Below, one piece after another: positions 40,642 to 48,171 of a DNA stretch of 52,602 nucleotides; position 1 is the first letter of the stretch, and each line of letters starts with the position of its first letter. The notes beneath the pieces were generated by a model that saw nothing but the letters and a program-made list of their open reading frames with translations, made no database searches and was not told the DNA's origin. Source of the DNA: a bacterium (GTDB lineage: Bacteria; SZUA-79; Acidulodesulfobacterales; Acidulodesulfobacteraceae); NCBI GenBank assembly GCA_021806885.1, contig JAKAPT010000002.1, positions 1 through 52,602 on the forward strand, read 5' to 3'. A program made the position numbers and the translations under genes.

Positions 40642-41618
40642 CTCGAGCAGGCAAGCATAGCGGCCCCTATTATACCCGAATCCCCTCCTAATCCCGGCCC
40701 TAAAATATCGAGCTTTTTCGTGGATGCCTCAAGCGCCCTTTCCCTGACCTGTTTTTCAACCATGCGGGCGAGGTCGGGAATACCCTCTATCACTCCGCCC
40801 CCGAGTATGACCGCGCAGGGGTTAAAAAAATTTACCGCGTTTATAACGCCGTCGGAAAGGAATCCCGCGGTTTTTTCAACGACCATGGATGCCGCCGCGT
40901 CTTTTTTTTTGTATGCCCTCGCGACGGTTTCAGCCGTTATGTTTTCTATCTTTCCTTCCGCAAGGCTTATTAGATTTTTAAAGACTTTTCTGTCTTTTGC
41001 GGCCTTCCTTCTCGCGGTTTTCGCTATTCCTGTTCCCCCCGCGTAGGCCTCAAGGCACCCGCGGTTCCCGCAGGGGCATTTTCTGCCGCCGGAAACTATA
41101 ACGGTATGGCCAATCTCCCCCGAGGAGTCGGAGCATCCCGCCGCAAGCGTTCCCTCGGCAACTATGCCGGAACCTATACCCGTTCCGATGAAGATGCATA
41201 TAAGGTTTTTATAACCCGCGCCGGAGCCGAATTTCCATTCCCCATAGGTAATGGCTGTTAAATCATTCACGACGTTTACCCTCAGGCCCGTTTTTTGCTC
41301 CAGTATTTTCCTTAAGGGAACCGCGCGCCAATTAAGATTGGGAGAGAAAAGAACGGTACCGGTTTTTTTTTCTATCTGTCCGGCGATGCCCACGCCTGCC
41401 ATCGAGACTTTATGCGACGCTCCTTTTTCTTTCAGAAAATCCTCAAGGCCCGATGAAATAAAATCGACCTGGGAAGAGGCGGGCGACGAACCCGCCGGGG
41501 TATGTTTTATATCTTTGAAATGCAGGAATTTCTTTTTAAGAACCCTTCCGGTCATATCGACAAGGCCGAGTCTTACGTTGGTTCCGCCGATATCGATCCC
41601 TATGGCGAGTTTATCCAC
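40632..41618 (-). CDS. glk: ROK-family glucokinase
   Basis: IGIDIGGTNVRLG and the ROK zinc motif CPCGNRGCLEAY. The GTG start directly abuts the stop of the upstream cyclase gene. Confidence 0.8.
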   Translation of the reverse strand: MDKLAIGIDIGGTNVRLGLVDMTGRVLKKKFLHFKDIKHTPAGSSPASSQVDFISSGLEDFLKEKGASHKVSMAGVGIAGQIEKKTGTVLFSPNLNWRAVPLRKILEQKTGLRVNVVNDLTAITYGEWKFGSGAGYKNLICIFIGTGIGSGIVAEGTLAAGCSDSSGEIGHTVIVSGGRKCPCGNRGCLEAYAGGTGIAKTARRKAAKDRKVFKNLISLAEGKIENITAETVARAYKKKDAAASMVVEKTAGFLSDGVINAVNFFNPCAVILGGGVIEGIPDLARMVEKQVRERALEASTKKLDILGPGLGGDSGIIGAAMLACSSYA

Positions 41619-43910
41619 TCAGTCCACCTCGATTCTTCTTCCTTCCAGAACCCCTATAATACGGTTCCTTCCCCCATTCTTCGCGTCGAACAGGTTATCA
41701 TCGGCAACCCTAAGGAAATCGTCTTCCGTATTTATATCCGAATCCGGCAGCGAGGCAATGCCGATTGAAACGGTAATGCCGCGGTTTAACTGGGGAAATT
41801 TATGGTCCTGGATGTTTTGCTTAATCTTTTTCGCGACCTCGAGGGCGCTGTGAAAACTTGTCTGGGGGAGTATTATCAAAAATTCCTCCCCTCCGTAGCG
41901 CGCCACCGAGTCGGTAATTCTTATGCTCTCCTTTAGAACCCTGCCGAGGCCGCTTAATACGATATCGCCGGTCTTATGCCCGTAAGAATCGTTTATGGAT
42001 TTAAAATGGTCGATGTCGAGCATCAGGATGGAAAGAGTGCTTTTATACCTCTGGGATTTATTGAATTCATTTTCGATAATCTCGTCGAGTTTCCTCCTGT
42101 TGTAAAGCCCCGTAAGCTGGTCCGTGATGCTCAGTTCCTTGAGCTTGTTGTGGAGTTTAGAGTTATCGAGGGCCACCGAAAGGCCTTTAGCGGCATGTTC
42201 CAGGAATACCTTATCCTCCTTACTGAAGCCGTAAATGGTTGAAACCATGAGGACCCCCACGTCGTCATGCCCCACGTAAAGGGGAAGCCAAGCTATATCT
42301 TTGGGAAATGCCTCGCAAAAACCGTAATCTATCGTTTTGCCCGAATCGCTTGAATCGTTTAGATGCTCTTTTAAAAGAACCGCGTTCTCTGGTATATCGT
42401 GAAACCATATGGTTTTCCTGGTAGTGAGGCAATGACCGGCTAAACCCTCTTTAACGTCTATCTTCCGGGCCACAAATTTTCTGATGCCGTAAAACTTCCA
42501 TGGGATTAGATATCCCCCCGCCCTGCCGGCAGTGCCTCCCTCTTCCCCGCCTGCCCCTTCAGTCTCCGCGGGAAATTGGACGCGCGCCCCGCACCCGGAC
42601 TCCTCTCCCGAAGGCGAAATATTTCCATACCTCTCGTAAATATATATTATACCGGACGAAAGATTTAAAAGCTGCTCCAGCATATCAAGGGTCGAAGAAA
42701 TTATAACGTCGAAATCGAGAGAACTTGAAAGGAAATCCGAAAAAGTATTGTATTTTTCCATCCTTTCCTGCCTGTCCCTTACGGCGCTTACCATTTCAGT
42801 AAAACCCTTTCCGATATCTTCAAATTCATCCTTGGTCTCGATGTTAAGGCTTGTGTTGACGTCCCCGCTGGAAAAGCTCTTAATGGCGGATATTATGGCG
42901 AAAATAGGCTTAAGCGTATCCCCCGAAGCGATGAACGAGATGATAAAGGATATGATGAGCCCTATTAATATGATAGCCGTCGCGTAAGCGGCTGTTTTCG
43001 CAAACAGCGCCAGGTACTCCCTGTTGGAGATAAAAACCCCAAGGGAGCCGATTATTTTCCCATGAGGGTCCTTTATCGGGTGAAAAGCCGCGAATATGTC
43101 GTTTCCGTTATACTTTATCTCGTGAATGAAATCCTTCCCCGACCTCAGCCCGTCCTGTACGCCCGACGGGATTCTCGAGCCCATTCCAAAAATATTTCCC
43201 GGAATCCTGTTTGTGGAGATGCAGGTCTGGGTATTGAATACCGCCGCGAAAACCCCTGTTTTCAAGTGGTATTCGCTATAAATGGTTCCGGGAATATAAT
43301 TATTGTCGTTAAGGTCGATAAGTCCGAAGATGGACCCGATTATTTTTCCATTCGATTCAAATGGGACGACGGCGATAAGGAACATTCCCGGGCTGCCCGA
43401 GGATTTTATCCCCAGCTTGGACAATTCAAATTTTTGTATTATGGAAGTCCCGGTAACCGGAAGGCCGCTACGAAATGAGTTAAAAATCGTCCCGCTTAAA
43501 GATGGCTTATATCCGTTGGCGTCTGAGCTTGACGCTATTATGGCGCCTTTCGCGTCCGTAATCCCTATGAAATCCGCAAAATTAAATGCTCTTTTATAAG
43601 AATCGGAAAGGGATTTTAAAAATGGTAAATTATTACGGGATATGGCCCTGATAATTAAAGGATTGTAAGAGCTTATGAGAAAGGCGTCCTTAAGCTTGTT
43701 GCCCTGGGAATGATAAATCCTTTTTGCCCCGGAGAGGGTGATTTTTACGCGGCTCAAGCTAGACGTTTTCGTCTGGTTTTTAAAGATAAAAGTATTTGCC
43801 ACCGCAAGAAGAACGAGAGGAAACAAAACGGCCAGGGAAAAAGACAAAATAAGCTTTGTCTTTATGCTCATTCTGGGCCTGAACGGAGGTTTAAACGATA
43901 TTTGCGCCAT
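41619..43910 (-). CDS. membrane-bound diguanylate cyclase (periplasmic Cache-like sensor, HAMP, GAF, GGDEF)
   Basis: N-terminal TM, a roughly 270-aa extracytoplasmic domain, a second TM, then a HAMP-like and a GAF-like region. The GGDEF domain has LTGLYNRR, DIDHFKSIND, I-site RITD, and an active GGEEF. Confidence 0.85.
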   Translation of the reverse strand: MAQISFKPPFRPRMSIKTKLILSFSLAVLFPLVLLAVANTFIFKNQTKTSSLSRVKITLSGAKRIYHSQGNKLKDAFLISSYNPLIIRAISRNNLPFLKSLSDSYKRAFNFADFIGITDAKGAIIASSSDANGYKPSLSGTIFNSFRSGLPVTGTSIIQKFELSKLGIKSSGSPGMFLIAVVPFESNGKIIGSIFGLIDLNDNNYIPGTIYSEYHLKTGVFAAVFNTQTCISTNRIPGNIFGMGSRIPSGVQDGLRSGKDFIHEIKYNGNDIFAAFHPIKDPHGKIIGSLGVFISNREYLALFAKTAAYATAIILIGLIISFIISFIASGDTLKPIFAIISAIKSFSSGDVNTSLNIETKDEFEDIGKGFTEMVSAVRDRQERMEKYNTFSDFLSSSLDFDVIISSTLDMLEQLLNLSSGIIYIYERYGNISPSGEESGCGARVQFPAETEGAGGEEGGTAGRAGGYLIPWKFYGIRKFVARKIDVKEGLAGHCLTTRKTIWFHDIPENAVLLKEHLNDSSDSGKTIDYGFCEAFPKDIAWLPLYVGHDDVGVLMVSTIYGFSKEDKVFLEHAAKGLSVALDNSKLHNKLKELSITDQLTGLYNRRKLDEIIENEFNKSQRYKSTLSILMLDIDHFKSINDSYGHKTGDIVLSGLGRVLKESIRITDSVARYGGEEFLIILPQTSFHSALEVAKKIKQNIQDHKFPQLNRGITVSIGIASLPDSDINTEDDFLRVADDNLFDAKNGGRNRIIGVLEGRRIEVD

Positions 43911-44014
43911 ATTGAAATGCTAAACTAATTTCACATCCCGCTAAATTATAAAGGAATTTACAAAAACATAGTAATTTTGTTTTATATAATTTTCGGAAAA
44001 TAATCAAGAAAAGA

Positions 44015-45313
44015 TTACTCAAGGGAGGAATTCAATTTTATGGAGCAATAGGAAGAGCACATCGAACAAACCTTGTCGTCCTTTAAAGAGGGAAGGGACG
44101 ACCTCATCGAACGGGCCTTACCGGGGTCTAATGAACAGTCATACTGCGCTTCCCAGTTCATGGCGCGCCTGTTTTTACTCATGATTATATCCATATCCAG
44201 TGCGCCCCTGACGCCCTTGGCGATATCGGCGGCGTGGGCGGCTATTTTCGAGGCTATGACGCCTTCCCTGACGTCGTTCACGGAGGGAAGCCTGAGGTGC
44301 TCGGCGGGCGTGACATAACAGAGGAAATCCGCTCCCGCGGCAGCCGCTATGGCGCCGCCTATCGCGCTCGTTATGTGGTCATAACCGGGGGCGATATCCG
44401 TTACAAGGGGACCAAGGACGTAAAAAGGGGCGCCGTTGCAGACGCTTTTTTGGAGTTTGATATTGGTTTCGACCTGATTTATGGGAACATGCCCCGGACC
44501 TTCTATTATAACCTGGACGCCTTCTTCAAGGGCCTTTTTCTGCAGCTCGCCCAGGGTTATGAGCTCGGAAACCTGCGCCCTGTCGGTTGCGTCGGCAAGG
44601 CATCCCGGCCTTAACCCGTCGCCGAGGCTTAAAACGACGTCGTTTTTCTTAGCAATCCTTAAGAGCCTTTCGTACTGTTCGTAAAGAGGGTTTTCCCTGT
44701 TATTTTTTATCATCCACGACGCTATAAGGGAGCCTCCCCTTGAAACCACGCCCATAATCCTCTTCTGGCGGTTCATCCTTCTTAGCGCCTCAAGCGTGAG
44801 CCCGCAATGGACGGTTATAAAATCCACTCCTTCCTCGCACTGCCTTTCTATTACCTCGAAGAGGTATTCAGGGTCGAACCCGCCCGCGTCCGCGCCGGAT
44901 TCCATCACGGGTTGGAAGGCCTCGTAAAGAGGGACAGTTCCGACGGGAACGGTGGAGTTTTTAAGTATTTCCCGCCTGAATTCTATTATGTTTCCGCCCG
45001 TCGAAAGGTCCATGACCGCGTCGGCCCCGGCGCTAATGGCCGCAAACATCTTTTCGAGCTCGTCCGAAAGAACAAAGCTGTCCCCCGACGAACCTATATT
45101 GGCGTTTATCTTGGTCTTAAGGCCCGCTCCAACGGCCAGCGGGGTTATATCCCTCTTGCGGTTTCTGGTTATAACGGTATGCCCGTTTGCGATATCCAGG
45201 CGGATTTTTTCCGGCAGGACCCCTTCCGCCTCGGCGCAAAGTGACATATCGGCCGTAATTACGCCGTCTTTCGCTTCTTCTATGAGTGTTTTTAGGTTAT
45301 TATCTTCTTTCAA
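44015..45313 (-). CDS. thiC: phosphomethylpyrimidine synthase (short form)
   Basis: Full-length ThiC core with the C-terminal cluster motif CSMCSSYCS. Confidence 0.95.
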   Translation of the reverse strand: MKEDNNLKTLIEEAKDGVITADMSLCAEAEGVLPEKIRLDIANGHTVITRNRKRDITPLAVGAGLKTKINANIGSSGDSFVLSDELEKMFAAISAGADAVMDLSTGGNIIEFRREILKNSTVPVGTVPLYEAFQPVMESGADAGGFDPEYLFEVIERQCEEGVDFITVHCGLTLEALRRMNRQKRIMGVVSRGGSLIASWMIKNNRENPLYEQYERLLRIAKKNDVVLSLGDGLRPGCLADATDRAQVSELITLGELQKKALEEGVQVIIEGPGHVPINQVETNIKLQKSVCNGAPFYVLGPLVTDIAPGYDHITSAIGGAIAAAAGADFLCYVTPAEHLRLPSVNDVREGVIASKIAAHAADIAKGVRGALDMDIIMSKNRRAMNWEAQYDCSLDPGKARSMRSSLPSLKDDKVCSMCSSYCSIKLNSSLE

Positions 45314-45316
45314 TCT

Positions 45317-45934
45317 TTACCTCCGCGTCCGGCAGGCCTTAATAAAAACCTCGGCAGCGGCCTTTATGTCCTTTTCTCCGAGTACTCCCTTCTGCAGGGC
45401 GATACGGGTTACTCCTGAACGTTTTATCTCTTCTATATTGCCCGCGTTAATCCCGCCCAGCGCGAAAACCGGTATCTTAAGGGACTTAACGACTTTTTTC
45501 AGGGCGGACGTTCCCTGCTGAAAATCCATTCCCTTTGTCCTGAAAACAGGACTGAACGTAACGGCGTCCGCGCCGTCTTCCTGCGCCTTTAGCGCTTCTT
45601 CCAAAGAGTGGGAGGAATAGAAAATCTTGAGGTTTTTTATCCGTTTTTTAACGGCCTTAACGGGAATACTGCCCGCGTTAAGATGGACGCCGTAAGCGCC
45701 GAGCGCCAGAGCGGCATCTACCCTGTCGTTGACGAAGAGCCTTATGCCGTCAAATTTGTCTGTTATTTTTTTAACCTTCTCGCCTAATTTAATAAACTCC
45801 CTTATGGATACGTCCTTCTGCCTCAACTGGAAGGCTTTAATGCCGCCCTCAAAGGCCAGTTCGAGAGCCGACAAGTAATCCCTTTCGGTTTTAAAAAGGT
45901 TTTTGTCCCCGATGAGATAAACGTTAAAATCCAT
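45317..45934 (-). CDS. thiE: thiamine-phosphate synthase
   Basis: TIM-barrel ThiE motifs (FQLRQKD, VNDRVD, HLNAGS, FALGGI). Lies 3 nt upstream of thiC. Confidence 0.9.
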   Translation of the reverse strand: MDFNVYLIGDKNLFKTERDYLSALELAFEGGIKAFQLRQKDVSIREFIKLGEKVKKITDKFDGIRLFVNDRVDAALALGAYGVHLNAGSIPVKAVKKRIKNLKIFYSSHSLEEALKAQEDGADAVTFSPVFRTKGMDFQQGTSALKKVVKSLKIPVFALGGINAGNIEEIKRSGVTRIALQKGVLGEKDIKAAAEVFIKACRTRR

Positions 45935-45951
45935 CCCGTCCCAATAAAATC

Positions 45952-45980
45952 ATTATATATTTTGAAGGTATTATTGTCAA
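45952..45980 (-). promoter_or_regulatory. perfect-consensus sigma70 promoter for thiE-thiC
   Basis: Minus strand reads TTGACA (45980-45975), a 17-nt spacer, TATAAT (45957-45952). Only 17 nt separate the -10 from the thiE ATG. Confidence 0.6.
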
Positions 45981-46012
45981 CGAAGCCTAAGATTTATGTC
46001 ATTTTTGGAGAT

Positions 46013-46050
46013 AAAAAACATGCCGGAGACCCTCTTTTGAGAGTTCCGGC
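46013..46050 (-). terminator. rho-independent terminator
   Basis: Minus strand reads GCCGGAACUCUC-AAAA-GAGGGUCUCCGGC (46050-46022) followed by AUGUUUUUU. Confidence 0.7.
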
Positions 46051-46064
46051 ACTATATATGGATT

Positions 46065-46544
46065 TTAAAATATTCGAAGAGGGAACCGAACCCTCACAGG
46101 TTTACTCCCAGCAGTTTGAAAAACTGCCGCGCCTACCAGTTCCGCCATGCGCCCAAGAAACTTTACGCGCACCCCTTCATATTCGGCATCCTCTTTGATT
46201 TTACGACCATGAACATACTTAGAATCAAATACAAGGCCATCCGAATACACCGAGACATTACAAATATCCCTTATAACTTCTTCGATACTTGCCGGCTGGT
46301 TATCGTAATGCGCCAGGAAATCAATATCGAGAGTCGTTCGCCTTTCCGGAATCTGCCATACCGTAAATAATAGCGCGCCTTTTAATACAAACTTATCGGC
46401 ATATTTTGAGCGACTTAACCTATAGAGAAATCTTTCCATCCCATAATATTGCAGAACTTCGGCGAATGAACGGCCGGTTGTTTGCGCCTTGTTTTGAAGC
46501 AAGGCCCGAATAGACGCTTTTATATTCGTAATAGTCTTATTCAT
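46065..46544 (-). pseudogene. abiEii: AbiEii/DUF1814-family nucleotidyltransferase toxin, C-terminally truncated (159 aa; I expect about 250-300)
   Basis: The N-terminal NTase core is present (FVLKGALLF, RRTTLDIDFL). The usual C-terminal half is absent. From about codon 130 the ORF reads through a tRNA-like sequence to TAA at 46065. Confidence 0.7.
46079..46154 (-). pseudogene. type-II (Leu-like) tRNA-derived fragment lacking the 3' acceptor strand
   Basis: Minus strand reads GGGCGCA-UG-GCG-GAACUGGUAGG-CGC-G-GCAGU-UUUUCAA-ACUGC-(15-nt variable region)-GAGGG-UUCGGUU-CCCUC. The D arm is nearly identical to bacterial tRNA-Leu as I recall it. The T loop has G where A58 is expected. The following 7 nt (UUCGAAU) cannot pair with GGGCGCA. 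Needs tRNAscan or Infernal. Confidence 0.4.
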
Positions 46545-47143
46545 AACATACTTTCAAGTATCGGCTTGACGATGTTATCGACACGGCAAATCTTAGCGTA
46601 ATACATAATTTCCTTTGGCTTTATATGCTTCTCCGCGACGGCAACTTTAAGCGCTTCCCGCGCTACATCAATGCCTATTTTATTGCGGAATTTAAAACAA
46701 TCCGCGATTGTTTTGGCCAGGTTATAGACCTTGATTTTATAAGTTCCCATCTCTCGTTCTTCTATTCCGGCCTGCCATACCTTAGGGGAAAACCGGTAGA
46801 ATTTTACCGGAGGATACTTAATTCTATTGGCATGGGCGCCTTGCGGGATAGCCATGTGTACGGAATGAGGAATTTCATTTGTAGCTTCATGAAACGCAAG
46901 AGCGGAAAGAAGGCAGATAACGCCCTTTTTTGCCTGAATAGAGGCTATAACGAAATCAGGGTAAGGGCCGATATCATAATTAACCAGTTGGTAAACACCC
47001 CTGGTAATCCGGGTTATTTTTCCCTCTTTTTCAACCGCGGCGAGAGAATCAGGATGGAACCCGGCTTTTAGGAGTGAGGAAAACCGCGCCAGTCCACCGT
47101 GGTTCTTAAGATACTTTATTATTTCCTGTGTTTTTTTAAACAT
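46541..47143 (-). CDS. abiEi: AbiEi-family antitoxin / transcriptional regulator
   Basis: N-terminal winged HTH (IIKYLKNHGGLARFSSLLKAGF...ITRITRGVYQL) and a C-terminal AbiEi domain. Overlaps abiEii by 4 nt. Start moved to ATG 47143 because GTG 47164 lies inside the operator palindrome. Confidence 0.85.
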   Translation of the reverse strand: MFKKTQEIIKYLKNHGGLARFSSLLKAGFHPDSLAAVEKEGKITRITRGVYQLVNYDIGPYPDFVIASIQAKKGVICLLSALAFHEATNEIPHSVHMAIPQGAHANRIKYPPVKFYRFSPKVWQAGIEEREMGTYKIKVYNLAKTIADCFKFRNKIGIDVAREALKVAVAEKHIKPKEIMYYAKICRVDNIVKPILESML

Positions 47144-47150
47144 TTGACAT

Positions 47151-47198
47151 CCGTATAATATCACATTACTTATTAATAAGTATATAGATATTATACGG
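47151..47198. promoter_or_regulatory. 48-bp near-perfect palindrome, candidate AbiEi operator
   Basis: Sequence is CCGTATAATATC-acat-TACTTATTAATAAGTA-tata-GATATTATACGG. 40 of 48 positions are symmetric about 47174/47175. Confidence 0.6.
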
Positions 47199-47207
47199 TT
47201 ATGTCAA
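47179..47207 (-). promoter_or_regulatory. candidate abiEi promoter overlapping the palindrome
   Basis: Minus strand reads TTGACA (47207-47202), a 17-nt spacer, TATACT (47184-47179). The spacer and -10 lie within the palindrome. Confidence 0.5.
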
Positions 47208-47380
47208 TCTTTTTCCAGATTTTTTCAAGGAATTAGCCCATTCTTCCACCGTAATAACGTCTGCCTGCCGGGGAAACACTTTCTCCATTAATACCCGGTG
47301 GACCTCCGGGTCGCCGTCCAAACAAGCGTTGGAAAGAATGGTTATTACGTAATCCTTTAAAAAGTAATATTATAATCCCT

Positions 47381-47428
47381 AAGGGGACATTTTCATTTTG
47401 CTAATAAGGGACATTATCATATTGCTGT
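47381..47428 (-). repeat. copy A of a roughly 45-nt element made of two ~19-nt units (GGGACATTTTCATTTTGCT / GGGACATTATCATATTGCT on the plus strand)
   Basis: About 80% identical by eye to 52312-52357, in the same orientation. The two internal units differ at 2 of 19 positions. Lies immediately 3' of queC. Confidence 0.7.
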
Positions 47429-47438
47429 AACACGGAAC

Positions 47439-48164
47439 CTAAGATTTATAATACCTCGTGGGGTCTTTAATCCCGGCCTCTCCGAAGCCCTTTTTTCTTA
47501 AGACGCAGGAATCGCAGAGGCCGCAGGCAAGGCCGTCCACGGGGTCGTAGCAGCTGTGGGTAAGCTCGAGGGGAACGTTAATGGAAAAGGCCTTAAGGAT
47601 TATTTCCTTCTTCCCCATATTTATGAGCGGGGTATTTATTTTATAGCGGAGTTTTCCCGTAACCGAGGCCTTCGTGGCAAGGTTAGCCATATCCTCATAG
47701 GCGGCTATGAATTCGGGCCTGCAGTCGGGATAACCGCTGTAATCCAGGTGGTTCACGCCTATAAAAATATCCCCGGCCAAGGTAACTTCGGCAAGGGCAA
47801 GGGCGTAAGACAAAAATATCGTGTTGCGGGCGGGAACATAGGTAGCGGGAATGTCTTCCGCGGTTTCATGGGGGTTTTCGGCATTGATACGGTTTTTGGG
47901 GACCTCGATGCCGGCGTCCGTAAGCGCCGAACCCTTGATAGGGCTGAAATCCAGGTTTATTATCACGTGGCTTTTTAAGCCGAAGCGGTCTGCTATTTTC
48001 TTAGCGTGTTCGAGTTCGACCTTATGACGCTGATTGTAGAAAAAGGAAAGCGGCACAACCTCGAAGCCTTCGTCAACGGCGATTTTAAGAACTGTGGAGG
48101 AATCCAGCCCCCCGCTGAATAGAACTACCGCTTTTTTTCCTGAGGCATTAATTGAATCCGCCAC
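47439..48164 (-). CDS. queC: 7-cyano-7-deazaguanine synthase
   Basis: AVVLFSGGLDSST (PP-loop) and the zinc site CYDP...ACGLCDSC. Confidence 0.95.
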   Translation of the reverse strand: MADSINASGKKAVVLFSGGLDSSTVLKIAVDEGFEVVPLSFFYNQRHKVELEHAKKIADRFGLKSHVIINLDFSPIKGSALTDAGIEVPKNRINAENPHETAEDIPATYVPARNTIFLSYALALAEVTLAGDIFIGVNHLDYSGYPDCRPEFIAAYEDMANLATKASVTGKLRYKINTPLINMGKKEIILKAFSINVPLELTHSCYDPVDGLACGLCDSCVLRKKGFGEAGIKDPTRYYKS

Positions 48165-48171
48165 CTTTATC

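Noticed and set aside
30698-42612. The idea that the two G-rich in-frame tracts (in ArgS and in the cyclase) are copies of one mobile repeat, like in-frame palindromic elements
   Set aside because: They share composition but I could not produce a convincing alignment, and neither is palindromic. I kept them as separate compositional observations only.
45935-46012. I looked for a TPP (THI-box) riboswitch upstream of thiE-thiC
   Set aside because: The interval holds only a consensus promoter 17 nt from the ATG and AT-rich spacer up to the upstream terminator. There is no CUGAGA / ACCUGAUCUGGAUAAUGCCAGCG-like core on the minus strand. I report the absence as a finding instead.
47344-47353. 10-bp perfect palindrome ATTACGTAAT
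   Set aside because: It is too short to distinguish from chance in AT-rich DNA, and it has no obvious relation to a promoter.
47381-47428. I considered the repeated 45-nt elements as integron attC sites (TA cassettes are common in chromosomal integrons)
   Set aside because: There is no inverted-repeat R''/L''-L'/R' architecture, no GTTRRRY core, and no intI in the window. The elements are direct repeats of a 19-nt unit, not imperfect palindromes.
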